Assembly (NCBI GenBank): GCA_050920655.1
Contig: CP133317.1
Coordinates: forward strand, 1,501,168 to 1,565,167
Length of the DNA: 64,000 nucleotides
From: Candidatus Rickettsia vulgarisii
GTDB taxonomy: Bacteria > Pseudomonadota > Alphaproteobacteria > Rickettsiales > Rickettsiaceae
Direction: 5' to 3'
The notes under the pieces were generated by a model. It did not search any database. It had not been told where the DNA came from and was given only the letters and a program-made list of their open reading frames with translations. This document shows, in pieces, positions 32,280 through 43,640 of this stretch (position 1 is its first letter; every line of letters starts with the position of its first letter). The position numbers and the translations under genes were made by a program.

Positions 32280-33503
32280 TTAATTTTTGTTAGCGATTTT
32301 TAATGCCCATATTGTAATAAATGAAACTGCTGCAATATATATAGCTATAGAGATAGATATACCGGTAAAATGCCAAAGAGCGATGCAAATTGCCGGAGTG
32401 AAGCGTCCTATTATAGAACTACCTATACTACTGCCAATACCAGACAGTAAATATTTATCTGACTCATTAAATAAACTATTAACCCATATATTTACAGGAC
32501 AAGCAAAGGTAACACCTAATATTACTATCCATAAACGTACTAATACAACATACCATAAAGAAGAATGATCCAAATAAAACCATAATGGAATGATAGTAAT
32601 TAATAAAATATCGGCTGAAATAATCATTACCTTAATAGGATCATAGTTTTTTATTAAGCGATATGTTACCACAAACAGGATAGCGTCTATTATTAATAAT
32701 AAAGTATTATACGCCATCATAGTCTCTAAAGAGATTGAAGTAATAAGTGGAATAAAGCTATTCATTACTATAAAAAGGATTGCGTATGTCATATAAGAAA
32801 AGCCATTAATTATTGATACGCAAAGAATTTTTAATTTATTATTATTTATTAAATTTACAATATTACCTATTGTAATTTTTTGCTTAATTACGATAGGCTC
32901 CTTACTACAATAACGTCTAAGGTAATAACCAGCTATTCCTGTACTACCACCAAATAAAAAGCATAATCTCCAATAATCATGAAAATGATAGTCAATTAAT
33001 AACATACTAACAAACGAGGCTAGAATAATCCCTAGCATACTAGACACCTGATATACGCTAGAAGCTTTTAGAGCTTTAACATGAATTTTATTTTCTATAA
33101 TATATAATTTTGCTATAGAATTTTCCCCTTCAGCAAATATTCCTTGTAGCATACGGCAAATAGTTAGAGCACAAGGTGAAATCCAACCTATCATCTCGTA
33201 AGTAGGAAGAAAACCAATAAAGATAGTCGTAATTGATACGCCTATTAATGAGTAAGATAACGCCCTAGCGGCTCCATATTTTTGGGCAATAATACTAAAG
33301 ACTATTGAGCCTATTGGTCTAGTAAATATTGAGCTAGCAAATACGCTATACGCTAATATCAAACCGACTATAGGATCATTATTAGGAAAGAAAATTTTTG
33401 ATATAACAGGAGCAAGAAAAGCATAAATAGCTGTATCAAAATGATCTAAACCATTTCCTATTAAAATTGATATATCTTGTTTTGTTAACGAAGTTTTTGA
33501 CAT
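32280..33503 (-). CDS. MFS transporter, ProP-like (proline/betaine transporter paralogue)
   Basis: 407 aa with about 12 TM helices. The N-terminus GNGLDHFDTAIYAFLAPVISKIFFP and LPTYEMIGWISPCALTICRMLQG parallel the ProP-like gene at 61165. Confidence 0.7.
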   Translation of the reverse strand: MSKTSLTKQDISILIGNGLDHFDTAIYAFLAPVISKIFFPNNDPIVGLILAYSVFASSIFTRPIGSIVFSIIAQKYGAARALSYSLIGVSITTIFIGFLPTYEMIGWISPCALTICRMLQGIFAEGENSIAKLYIIENKIHVKALKASSVYQVSSMLGIILASFVSMLLIDYHFHDYWRLCFLFGGSTGIAGYYLRRYCSKEPIVIKQKITIGNIVNLINNNKLKILCVSIINGFSYMTYAILFIVMNSFIPLITSISLETMMAYNTLLLIIDAILFVVTYRLIKNYDPIKVMIISADILLITIIPLWFYLDHSSLWYVVLVRLWIVILGVTFACPVNIWVNSLFNESDKYLLSGIGSSIGSSIIGRFTPAICIALWHFTGISISIAIYIAAVSFITIWALKIANKN

Positions 33504-33530
33504 AATACTCCTAGCAAAATATTATAAAAA

Positions 33531-35033
33531 TTGAACTATACAATAATCGAGCTCAAATTGATAACAGCATTTAATTATTTTCTTGATAAAATTCAATCGC
33601 ATGAAATTACTGGACTATCTTGTGACTCTAGGTTAGTACAAAAAGGCAATATATTTTTTGCTTTTCAAGGTACAAATTCTAATGGTAATAAATTTATTGA
33701 TCAAGTCATAGGGAAGGGGATAAAGTTTATAGTTACTGATGATCCTCGAAGTCTAGAAAATCCTAATATTTTTACCAATCAAGTCAATATTGCTTTGGTA
33801 AGTAATGCTAGAGCAGCTTTAATAGAAGCGCTTAATATTCTTTACCCATTATTACCTAAACATATAGTAAGTGCTACTGGCACAAATGGTAAAAGTTCAG
33901 TAGTATCTTATTTCAGACAATTATGCTCATTGCTAGGGCATTCTAGCGCATCTATAGGTACTATTGGAGTTGAATGTTCAAAAGATATCCCTGCTATCTC
34001 TAAAACCCTTAATCAAATGCCTGCTTTAACTACTCCTGATCTTATTTCAATTAGACATATTTTACATATTTTAGCAGAGAATCAAGTTAATTACGTAGCG
34101 TTTGAAGCTTCAAGTCATGGGCTTGACCAAGGAAGGCTAGCAGGGATTAAAACTCACGCCGCTTGCTTTACTAGCTTTAGTCAAGATCATCTAGACTACC
34201 ATCAAAATATGGATGAGTATCTGTTAGCAAAACTAAGTCTATTTACCAATAACTTATTGCCATCAGCTTTTGCTATAATAAATTCAGAGATAGAGCAATT
34301 AGATTTTATTAAAAATTATCTACAGCAACATAATATAAAATTTTTAACCGTTGGAACTAATGGAGATATAGATATTACAAATACAAACCAATCAGTTCAT
34401 GGGCAGGATATTAATTTTACCTATCAAGGAAAAAAATATAATTTCAATACTAGAATTATTGGTAGCTTTCAAGCCAGCAATTTATTAATAGCAACTATGA
34501 TGGTTCATATTACTGGTTTCCCTTTTGAAGATGTAATAGCAAAGTTATCAGAAGTTCAAGCTGTTAAAGATAGATTAGAAAAAGTAGATAATAGTAATAT
34601 ATTTGTTGATTATGCTCATACCCCTGATGCTTTAGAAAAAACGTTATCAGAACTAAAAAAAATAAAACCTGTAAATGGTTCATTAAAAGTAATATTTGGT
34701 TGTGGCGGTGATAGAGATTCTAGTAAAAGGCCAAAGATGGGAGAAATAGCTAGCAAAATAGCTGATCAGATAATCATTGCTGATGATAATCCAAGGACTG
34801 AATTGCCAAGCTCAATAAGACAGCAAATTGTTCAAGGCATAACTAACCCTAACTATATGGAAATAGCAGATAGAGAAACTGCTATCACTCAAACTATAAA
34901 TAATCTGCAAAAAGACGATATTCTGCTAATTGCCGGCAAAGGTCATGAGGATTACCAAATCATAGGTACTAAAAGACTACCTTTTAGCGATTTTGATATC
35001 GCTAGGAAAGCGATGAAATCAAGAATTTCATAA
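33531..35033 (+). CDS. murE: UDP-N-acetylmuramoyl-L-alanyl-D-glutamate--2,6-diaminopimelate ligase
   Basis: 500 aa with a TTG start, ATGTNGKSS, and DDNPRTE (the DNPR motif of meso-DAP-adding enzymes). Confidence 0.9.
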   Translation: MNYTIIELKLITAFNYFLDKIQSHEITGLSCDSRLVQKGNIFFAFQGTNSNGNKFIDQVIGKGIKFIVTDDPRSLENPNIFTNQVNIALVSNARAALIEALNILYPLLPKHIVSATGTNGKSSVVSYFRQLCSLLGHSSASIGTIGVECSKDIPAISKTLNQMPALTTPDLISIRHILHILAENQVNYVAFEASSHGLDQGRLAGIKTHAACFTSFSQDHLDYHQNMDEYLLAKLSLFTNNLLPSAFAIINSEIEQLDFIKNYLQQHNIKFLTVGTNGDIDITNTNQSVHGQDINFTYQGKKYNFNTRIIGSFQASNLLIATMMVHITGFPFEDVIAKLSEVQAVKDRLEKVDNSNIFVDYAHTPDALEKTLSELKKIKPVNGSLKVIFGCGGDRDSSKRPKMGEIASKIADQIIIADDNPRTELPSSIRQQIVQGITNPNYMEIADRETAITQTINNLQKDDILLIAGKGHEDYQIIGTKRLPFSDFDIARKAMKSRIS

Positions 35034-35132
35034 TAAATTTTCTCTTGCTTATTTTTTTAAACTGTTGTTCTATATTTTAATTGTTAAATATATTTTAAAT
35101 TATTAATTGTTGTTAATTTATCGGTAGGTGTT

Positions 35133-36525
35133 ATGAGTATAGGTACAAATGTTCATGAAATTAGCAATATGACGATTCCGCAAACTAATTTAACTAAAGA
35201 GCAAAGAGAAGCTGTTGGGTTGCTTTCGGTTGGTACATTTTTAGAATATTTTGACCTTATGATTTATGTACATATGGGGGTAATATTAAATGAGTTATTT
35301 TTTCCAAAATTTGATCCTTTTATTACTGCAATGCTTACAGCGTTTACTTTTGTTCTACCTATGTTTTTAGACCAGTTGGAGCATTAATCTTTGGTTGGCT
35401 TGGTGATAAATATAGGGCGGAAATCAACAGTTATTATCACAACTCTTATAATGGCTATCGCTTGTCTTATCATGGCATTTTTACCAACTTATAACGAAAA
35501 AGGCGTTATTGTCTCATGCGTAATGATCGCATGCCGAATTATGCAAGGAATGGCAGCTATGGCAGAAGGTACAGGAGCAGAGCTATATTTAACAGAAGTA
35601 ATAAAACCACCATTGCGGTACCCTATAGTTGCCTTAATATCATTGTTCTATAGGGGCTACAGCAGCTTTAGGTATTGCTTCACTTATTACTCATTTAGGG
35701 TTAAGTTGGCGACTTGTATTTGGCTTAGGAGCAATAGTTGCTTTAATTGGTGCTATTGCTAAAACACCCCTTAGAGAAACGCCAGACTTTGCTGACGCTA
35801 AAAGACGCATAGTGCAAGTAGCAAAAGATTCAGGAAAAGATATTGAAATATTAAAAAATAGCCCTATTTGGCAAAAAAAGGTCAATAAAATAACAGCTAT
35901 TTCTTTATTTTTAATACAATGTTCTTGGCCGGTAGTATTTTATTTCACGTTTATCCAATGCGGCAATATACTTAAAACTCAATTTGGTTTTACAGCAGAA
36001 GAAGTAATTCATCAAAATTTCATTGTTTCTTCAGCTCATTTAGTTATCTGTTTCTTAATAGTTTATTTTAAGTTATAAAATATATCCTTTAAAAATTCTT
36101 AAAATAAAACTAATCTTATACACGGCATTTATTTTATCTTGTCCTTATTTGCTAAACAATATTACTTCCCCATTTCAATTATTATTAATTCAATTAACTT
36201 TAATATCTCTTGGACTCAGTGATTTTCCAGCAGTGCCTATTTTTTATATGCATTTTCCAGTTTTTAAACGCTATACTTGTGCCTGTCTAACTTATGCGCT
36301 AGGAAAAGGGCGCTAATGTATGTAATTACCTCTTTTGGTTTAGTTTATCTAATAGAACGCTTTGGTTATGGAGGGATGTTAATTGTAACTATTCCTGTGC
36401 TTTTAGGTTATAAATTTGGTTTATCTCATTTTGAAAAGCTTGAGAAAGAGGCTGGAAACTACCCAAAAAAGAAAAATTCCTTAGAGGAGAAAGAGGTTGA
36501 GAAAAAGATTTTTGCTTACAATTAA
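35133..36525 (+). pseudogene. ProP-like MFS transporter, fragmented (at least 4 pieces)
   Basis: The pieces 35133-35387, 35391-35762, 35812-36078 and 36277-36525 align in order with the intact paralogue at 61165. Examples: GTFLEYFDLMIYVHMGVILNELFF, LPTYNEKGVIVSCVMIACRIMQG, GFTAEEVIHQNFIV. Confidence 0.75.
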
Positions 36526-37087
36526 ATTTTTTAGACGCTAAAATACATAATTTACTTATTTCTTGCTCAAGATCCAACATATTAAAATGAGCCGCAAGAG
36601 CAAGAAATATTGCTATAGTTTCCTCAATAATTTTGTTAGCCTTCTCAGGGGATTTAGCAAATAATGTCTGCATATTATGCAGTCGGTCAAATTGTTTTAT
36701 AAATAATACACTATATTTCTTTTGCTTTAATAAAATATTTACTAACTCTATTGAACTAATTTTCCCATAAGATTTTATTCTAGTTAAATCCTCAACTTGA
36801 TTAGCAATCTGTTGATTAAAAATATTAGCTATCATTTGTTGAGTTAGGATAGTATCTTCCAAACAATCGTGGAGTAATGCGGTAACTATCAAGTCCGTCT
36901 TGAAATATTGCGGTATTTTAATCGCCATATATCTAGCAAACATGTCTACTTCTATAGGATGAGAATAATATGGTTTACCGGATTGTTGCATTTGGCTGCC
37001 ATGGTATTTTCTAGCGTAATATATTGCTTTTTTGACTTCAAGAAGATCAATTTTATTTTTAAAAGATTCATTCAAAACAAAAAGCAT
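36389..37087 (-). CDS. SpoT/RelA-like HD-domain protein ((p)ppGpp hydrolase-type fragment), probably N-terminally frameshifted
   Basis: ARKYHGSQMQQSGKPYYSHPIEV...LLHDCLEDT is the HD domain. An upstream ATG at 37151 (MEDINVWQTKFENCAYSKRLLDA) joins in frame if one base is removed from the A5 run 37079-37083. The 3' tail overlaps the proP remnant. Confidence 0.65.
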   Translation of the reverse strand: MLFVLNESFKNKIDLLEVKKAIYYARKYHGSQMQQSGKPYYSHPIEVDMFARYMAIKIPQYFKTDLIVTALLHDCLEDTILTQQMIANIFNQQIANQVEDLTRIKSYGKISSIELVNILLKQKKYSVLFIKQFDRLHNMQTLFAKSPEKANKIIEETIAIFLALAAHFNMLDLEQEISKLCILASKKFNCKQKSFSQPLSPLRNFSFLGSFQPLSQAFQNEINQIYNLKAQE

Positions 37088-37445
37088 CTAATAATCTTTT
37101 TGAATAAGCGCAATTTTCAAATTTTGTTTGCCAAACGTTAATATCTTCCATGTTTTTTAATTTATTAATATTAGTTTGCTTAACTAATATCACAAATAAT
37201 TGATAAATTACACTAGTTTTTCTATTAGATTAAAAAGATTGTTTAAGAACAGTTAGAGAAAGAATGGTATAGTTTTAATGTTGCATAGAGCAAGAAAAGG
37301 GGGAGGTTAAAAAGCCAATAGATTCATCTCTTAATATATACAAACATTTATACAATTTTTATTATCGATTGATAATTAATTATTATCTACTAATATCTTG
37401 GCAGCTTGTATACTTAAGCTAAATAGGCTTTTATTATAGCTAGAT

Positions 37446-37715
37446 TTATTCGCTTTCTTTTTCTGTATCGTCAGTATCACTAATTTCGGTACTATCGTTA
37501 TTTAACTCTTCTTGTTTAAGTAATTTACTTTTCTCCTCTATAGAAGAAATAAAAAAATAAGTAAATACTAGAAATCCAAGTATAAAAAATACGGAAAATA
37601 TAGCTGCATTTCTTTTTACAATAGCTTCTTCTTTATCTAAACGAGCTTCCTGTTCTTCATATGTTTCACCATGTTCATTACGCCATACTTCTTCATTTGA
37701 AACAGTTTCTCCCAT
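37446..37715 (-). CDS. Small hypothetical membrane protein with acidic termini
   Basis: 89 aa with one TM helix (AAIFSVFFILGFLVFTYFFISS) and an acidic C-terminal tail. I recognise no family. Confidence 0.35.
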   Translation of the reverse strand: MGETVSNEEVWRNEHGETYEEQEARLDKEEAIVKRNAAIFSVFFILGFLVFTYFFISSIEEKSKLLKQEELNNDSTEISDTDDTEKESE

Positions 37716-37789
37716 ATAGTTTTACTCTTTATAGTTTCGTAGCAATAAAATTATAATAAAATTTTTATATAAAAAATCAAACCATAAAG

Positions 37790-38917
37790 TTAAATATATT
37801 TATTAGTATCATTAATATTCAATTTATGAAGCTCATCAGTAGCAAAATTTATAAGTACTTTTTCCTCTATATTGCTGCGTCCAACACCACCTCCAATAAG
37901 ATATATAGCAGTTTTTGCGGCTTCTTGCTTATCATCTTCGGTCCAGCCGTTTTTTGGTTCTACGTCTCAGATTTACCGCTTTTAATAAGTGCAATAGTAC
38001 GCGCCATATATTTTCCTGCTAAACGTAGCGCTTGATTGTGTGATTCAAGCTTTAAATTAATATCCTGTCCATTATTAACATTAGCAAGAGCATTAATTAC
38101 AGGACCACGAAATAAATCTTCAGCGCGAACCTTGTTATTATCTAGCATGACAATTTCTTCTTTGCCGCTAATTTGTTCCATACGTTGTTTTGTAACCTTT
38201 AATAATGGTAAATCTTCACTATCTACTTGTATACATAGCTTACTAGCATGTCCATCTGTAATAAATTTCAGCTCTCCATCAGTGCCTATTTTTGCAATAG
38301 TATGGCCAATACCAAGTAAAGCAATATATTTATTGTATAAATTGTCCCTTGGAATTTTAGTACCATTCTGATTTATAAAATCTTGGTTAGCTCCATTTTT
38401 AACAGCTTCAAGCATACCTGCTAACATGGCGTTTCCGTCATTATGGACATATAAATCTATAGTGAATGGTGTTCTTTAGCATTTAATGCTTTTAGATATT
38501 CCTCTTTTAAATTAACATTATCAAAGTCATGTATCATTTTTCCAAGATGTGGGCTGCTTCCTGGTTTTATCTTGTCAAATGTATCAAAACGTCCAGGACT
38601 ACCAATACCTGCAGCAACTAAATGCCCTCCCATCTTTTTAGTTTGCTCTTTAACTAGAGCAAATAATTCAACAACTTGTTCGACATGTAGAGCTACCCCT
38701 TTTGAGCGGTCTGTTTAATTTCCCAGCTTGGTTTTTGAGCAAGAATACCATTCTCCACTTCAAAAAGCTGAGCTTCAATTTTAGTGCCGCCTACATCAAT
38801 ACCAAGAATATAATTTTTATTAATAGGAAATATTTTTACAGCAACCAAAAATATTAAAATTGCGATAAATAAATAATATATATTGAACTTAGAAAAAAGA
38901 CGTACCATAAGCGACAC
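37790..38917 (-). pseudogene. ROK/glucokinase-like sugar kinase, frameshifted
   Basis: ILGIDVGGTKIEAQLF (38693-38917) is followed by GIGSPGRFD and VHNDGNAMLAG in other frames, then LLGIGHT...ITDGHASKL (37960-38427), then IYLIGGGVG, ending at TAA 37790-37792. Confidence 0.55.
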
Positions 38918-39076
38918 CTATTTAATTACAATGAAAATAAAAACCAAAACACTGATAAGTCAATGCAAATTCTTTCTTTATTATGCTTCAGGAAAATTAG
39001 GGTAAATCTTGTGAAGATGGAGTGTGTTAATTCTAATTTAGGCAATATAACCACATAATAATTATAAAATATTTAA

Positions 39077-41227
39077 GTAATTAATTATAATACTACTATA
39101 CAAGCCTTAGTTGCTAATAACAATATTAGCAATATAACGATTGGACAAAATAGAACACTTTCTATTGGTTCAATAATAGGTTCTAGCGAGATAACAACTA
39201 TTAGTATTGCTGTTTCCAGTTCTTATAGTAGTATTCTTAATCTTACTGGTAATCTAGGTGAAAATGACGTTGCGCCTTCTAATGACTATAGTTCATTAAA
39301 AAATATAGTTATTTATAATAGTGTTTCTACACAGAGTAATCTAAAAGGTAGTTACTTAAATATTAATGCTCCAATTACTCTTGATGCAATTATAACTGCT
39401 AATAGTTATTGTCGTAGTAACTTGAACATAAATGACAATATTACACTTAAACTTAATAATACAATTATTATTAATAATATGAATATGAATGTAAATATTA
39501 AAGAAGGTCATTCTCTAACTTTAACTAAGGATCAAGGGTTAATTAGTAAGACAGGAGGAGAATTCATTTTTAACCTATCAGATAACAGCGCATTAAATGT
39601 TAATGGCAATAATATAACTTTTAATGGTCCTATTAATTTTAATGAGCTGGAGCTACTTTAAATATCAATGGAACTGGAACCACTATCAATAGCGATCAAA
39701 CTTTTAACAATTCCACAATCAACTTAGGCTTAAATCAATTAAACTACAATGGTAATGCCACTACATCAGGTACAATGCAATTAGGGATACTTATGACGCA
39801 AGAACGGAACAATCAGGGAAAATTGCGGTACTTGGAGGAGGTCTAGATTTATCAACACTTGATTCATTGGTAATTAATATTGATCCTGAATCTGGCTTAT
39901 ATGATCTACCTAATCAAAAATATTTCTATACAATAATTGACGCTGATGGTGGTATAGTTACCCCTGTTGATAAATCAAAAATAATATTAACAGGCGCCTC
40001 GGATGCTAACCGTTACGCTGAGTATTCTGTAGGTAATGATTTAGTGTTGCATGTTGAAGATCGCTCTCAAGAAATATTAATAACTGATTTGGTTGATTGG
40101 ACTATTGATCCTAAAATCAGCTTATTACTCAGGAGACTACTTTTGTTCAGTTGCTTCAATTATTAAATAATGGTCAACTAAGTGACGCAATTATATTATT
40201 AAATGATCTTGGTTTATCAAATATAGAAAGAGCAAGAGAAACATTAGATAGAATCATTACAGCGGTTCCGCCAAGAGTTAATGATTATCATCAGCAAACA
40301 AGGACGACATTTCATTTAACTAATAGTGAGATTAGTAAAAGAATGACTCCTGTTTCTGCTGGTTGTGATGATTATAGTAAGTCGTATGGATTATGGGTAA
40401 GTCCAATATATAGTAGGGGTATTAAGAGAACTGAAGGTGGAGTAAGCGGTTATAGATCCAAAGCTCAAGGTATGGTGTTTTGGATAGATACCCTGATTAA
40501 CGATACTTATCTGGTAGGTCTATATTATGGACAGATTTATGATAAATTAACTTATAGGAATCTTAAATATGGAGATAATACCAAAGGTCTAACCAATATC
40601 TTCTCTCTATATGGAGCATATAATGAGCCAAGTAGTCCATGGTTTACCGAAGGGGTATTATCTTATGCTAATACTAGAATAAAGGATCGTTCTGGTCGTA
40701 GAATATATAATGGTAATATAGAAACAGCTTTAGGAAAATATAAATCAAGAGCATATAGCGGTCAGGTAATAGAAGGCTATAATTTTAACTTAGCAAATGG
40801 TTTGATGTTAAGCCCAGTAGCAGGTTTAAGATATTCATATTTTAGAGATGCTAGCTATCAAGAGACAGGTACTAGATTCCAAAATTTATTGATGAAGGGT
40901 AAATCATACGGTAAATTTGAAGGGATATTAGGATTTAGAACTAGCGGTGGCGTTGAATTTATCAAGCTAGCCTTAATGCCAGAGCTACATGATTATTTGG
41001 ATTACAATTTTACTAACAAAAGATCTCCAACAATAGCGGCGACAATACAAGGGATTAGTGCGCCATTGGCAACCAAACAATATAAAACATCAAGAGCGTT
41101 ATATACAATAGGTGGTAGTTTAACAACCAAATATAGGAAGGTAGAGTTAGGCGTGGGATTTGACGCTTTCTTAGCTAAGAAATACTATGCTTATCAAGGC
41201 AGTTTAAAAGTTAGGGCGAATTTTTAG
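39077..41227 (+). pseudogene. Sca-type autotransporter, 5'-truncated passenger plus an intact 358-aa barrel ORF (copy 2)
   Basis: The frame is open from 39077 (no ATG or signal peptide) through N/T/I-rich passenger repeats to 39661. The rest is the identical repeat, with the same frame disruptions as copy 1. Confidence 0.7.
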
Positions 41228-41235
41228 CTTCTCCC
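39727..41235 (+). repeat. 1509-bp segment identical to 22691-24199 (copy 2)
   Basis: See copy 1. ORFs 39867-40166 and 40151-41227 translate identically to 22831-23130 and 23115-24191. Confidence 0.9.
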
Positions 41236-41262
41236 CGATTCCGCGGGGATGGCATCAATTTT
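41236..41262. repeat. Solo RPE-arm fragment at the repeat boundary
   Basis: CGATTCCGCGGGGATGGCATC resembles the reverse complement of the ATGTCATCCCCGCG...CGGGGATC arm seen after copy 1 (24225). Confidence 0.45.
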
Positions 41263-41530
41263 ACTTTTCTATAGTGCATTACCATATAGTTTTCATTTCC
41301 ACATAACAACACTGCGATTACTAAAGCAAAATCCACATTGACTTTATGATCAAATGATTTTTGAAGATTTTAGCGATCCGCCAAATCAATTTTTACACAA
41401 AGCTGCTAATTATTTTCAGCATTTTAGTATTTTGAATAGGTAGTTAGAATAACATCTGGCTTTTCTTTGAAAATAAGCATACAGTCATTAATATAATTTT
41501 TACTCTATTTAAAAATTTTTCTTTTCATCT

Positions 41531-41558
41531 CTTGAACTGTTATAAATTAAAACTATAT
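41531..41558 (+). promoter_or_regulatory. RpoH (sigma32)-type promoter candidate for groES-groEL
   Basis: CTTGAA (41531-41536), a 16-nt spacer, then CTATATAG (41553-41560). This fits the alphaproteobacterial pattern CTTG-N17/18-CYTAT-N-T, about 40 nt upstream of groES. Confidence 0.45.
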
Positions 41559-41599
41559 AGAATGTACGTTAATCAAGTACAAATATATGGAGGTTAAAA

Positions 41600-41887
41600 A
41601 TGTCTTTTAGACCATTGCATGATAGAATTGCGGTAGAGCCAATTCAACAAGAAGAAAAAACTTCAGGTGGTATTATTATTCCAGATACAGCAAAGGAAAA
41701 GCCAATGCAAGGTGTAGTAATAGCCGTTGGCAAGGGTATTAGAGGAGAAAATGGTACTATTCATCCATTAGAAGTTAAAGTTGGTGATAAAGTCCTTTAT
41801 GGTAAATGGGCAGGAACTGAAGTGAAAGTTGGTGGTAAGGACCTGATGATCATGAAAGAAAGTGATGTTATGGGAATAATTGAATAA
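41600..41887 (+). CDS. groES: Co-chaperonin GroES
   Basis: 95 aa: [35 protein letters not shown]. Confidence 0.97.
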   Translation: MSFRPLHDRIAVEPIQQEEKTSGGIIIPDTAKEKPMQGVVIAVGKGIRGENGTIHPLEVKVGDKVLYGKWAGTEVKVGGKDLMIMKESDVMGIIE

Positions 41888-41911
41888 TTTTATTGTAAGG
41901 AGAAATATAAT

Positions 41912-43564
41912 ATGGCAGGAAAATCAATAGAACATGGGTCAAATGCCCGTACAAAAATGTTGCAAGGTATAGATATTTTAGCCAATACCGTAAAAGTAAC
42001 TTTAGGCCCAAAAGGTAGAAACGTTGCTGTTGAGCAATCTTTTGGCGCGCCAAGATTAACTAAAGATGGCGTAACCGTTGCAAAAGCAATTGAGTTAAAA
42101 GATAAAGCTCAAAATCTTGGAGCTCAGTTGGTAAAATCTGTAGCTAGCAAGACTTCTGATATTGCTGGTGACGGTACTACCACAGCTACAGTATTAACTC
42201 AAGCAATAGCTAGAGAAGGTAATAAAGCGGTAGCTGCTGGTTTTAATCCTATGGATGTAAAGCGTGGTATAGATTCATCTGTTAATTTAATAGTTGAAGA
42301 AATTAAAAAAGCTAGTAAAAAAATAAGCAATAAAGAAGAAATTGCTCAAGTAGGTACTATTTCTGCTAATGGCGATGAGGAAATTGGCGATAAAATCGCT
42401 GAAGCTATGGAAAAGGTTGGTAAAGAAGGCGTTATTACCGTTGAGGAAGCCAAAAATTTTAGCTTTGACGTAGATGTAGTTGAAGGTATGATGTTTGATA
42501 GAGGTTATTTATCACCATATTTTGTTACTAATTCTGAAAAAATGGTAGCTGAGTTAGATAATCCTTATATCCTTTTATTTGAAAAGAAATTATCAAATCT
42601 ACAACAAATGTTACCAGTACTTGAAGCTGTAGTGCAATCAGGTCGTCCTCTGCTTATAATAGCTGAAGACGTAGAAGGAGAGGCTTTAGCGACTTTAGTA
42701 GTAAATAAATTGCGTGGCGGTTTAAAAGTTGCTGCAGTTAAAGCTCCAGGATTTGGTGATAGAAGAAAATTCATGATGGAAGATATAGCTATCCTAACAT
42801 CTGGTCATCTTATCAGCGAAGATCTTGGTATGAAGCTTGAAAATGTTAATATTAGCATGCTTGGTACAGCTAAGAAGGTAACTATCTCTAAAGAAAACAC
42901 TGTTATAATTGATGGCGCTGGCGGTAAAGCGGATATTGAAAATCGTTGCGTGCAAATCCGTAAGCAAATTGAAGAAGTTACTTCCGATTATGATAAAGAA
43001 AAACTACAAGAGCGTTTAGCTAAACTTGCTGGTGGAGTTGCTGTATTAAAAGTTGGTGGCGCTACTGAAGTTGAAGTTAAAGAAAGAAAAGATCGCGTAG
43101 AAGACGCTTTGCATGCCACTAGAGCTGCTGTAGAAGAAGGAGTTGTTGCAGGTGGTGGAGTTACTCTATTTTATGCTGCAAGAGCTTTAGAATCATTAAA
43201 AGGTGCTAATGAAGATCAGCAAGCTGGTATTAATATAGTGAAAAAAGCTCTACAAGCTCCTGTAAGACAAATCGCTGAAAATGCTGGTGTGGATGGAGCC
43301 GTTGTGGTTGGTAAACTTACCGATAGCAAAGATAAGAATTTTGGCTTTAACGCTCAAGATATGAGCTATGTTGATATGATTAAAGCTGGGATTATCGACC
43401 CAACAAAAGTTGTGCGTACAGCTCTGCAAGATGCAGCATCAGTTGCTTCTTTAATTATTACTACTGAAGCTTTTATTATTGATGAACCATCTGATAAAGA
43501 AGAGCCTGCTATGCCACGTGGTGGTATGGGAGGAATGGGTGGTATGGGCGGTATGGATTTCTAA
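41912..43564 (+). CDS. groEL: Chaperonin GroEL
   Basis: 550 aa with [11 protein letters not shown] and the [14 protein letters not shown] tail. Confidence 0.98.
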   Translation: MAGKSIEHGSNARTKMLQGIDILANTVKVTLGPKGRNVAVEQSFGAPRLTKDGVTVAKAIELKDKAQNLGAQLVKSVASKTSDIAGDGTTTATVLTQAIAREGNKAVAAGFNPMDVKRGIDSSVNLIVEEIKKASKKISNKEEIAQVGTISANGDEEIGDKIAEAMEKVGKEGVITVEEAKNFSFDVDVVEGMMFDRGYLSPYFVTNSEKMVAELDNPYILLFEKKLSNLQQMLPVLEAVVQSGRPLLIIAEDVEGEALATLVVNKLRGGLKVAAVKAPGFGDRRKFMMEDIAILTSGHLISEDLGMKLENVNISMLGTAKKVTISKENTVIIDGAGGKADIENRCVQIRKQIEEVTSDYDKEKLQERLAKLAGGVAVLKVGGATEVEVKERKDRVEDALHATRAAVEEGVVAGGGVTLFYAARALESLKGANEDQQAGINIVKKALQAPVRQIAENAGVDGAVVVGKLTDSKDKNFGFNAQDMSYVDMIKAGIIDPTKVVRTALQDAASVASLIITTEAFIIDEPSDKEEPAMPRGGMGGMGGMGGMDF

Positions 43565-43590
43565 CTATACATACACTTATTAATAATGCC

Positions 43591-43626
43591 AAAACAGTCC
43601 GCCTATGCTATGGCGGACTGTTTTTT
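43591..43626. terminator. Bidirectional rho-independent terminator (groEL / ABC ATPase convergent)
   Basis: AAAACAGTCCGCC-TATGCTAT-GGCGGACTGTTTTTT: a 9-bp GC-rich stem flanked by an A-run and a T-run. Confidence 0.7.
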
Positions 43627-43640
43627 ATCAATTTAGTAAA

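Noticed and set aside
38036-38371. 111-aa plus-strand ORF
   Set aside because: It is antisense to the ROK-kinase remnant, and its Ser/Leu-rich composition mirrors the opposite strand.
41270-41520. Possible gene remnant on the minus strand (…SFDHKVNVDFALVIAVLLCGNENYMV…)
   Set aside because: It has no start, contains multiple stops and shows no recognisable family. It is left unannotated.
41228-41599. CIRCE/HrcA operator upstream of groES
   Set aside because: I searched by eye for TTAGCACTC-N9-GAGTGCTAA and close variants and found none.
42565-42774. 69-aa minus-strand ORF inside groEL (and 41868-42053 at its start)
   Set aside because: Both are antisense to groEL and are shadow ORFs.
43520-43555. 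GGM tandem repeat at the 3' end of groEL
   Set aside because: This is the normal C-terminal GGM tail of GroEL and not a noteworthy repeat.
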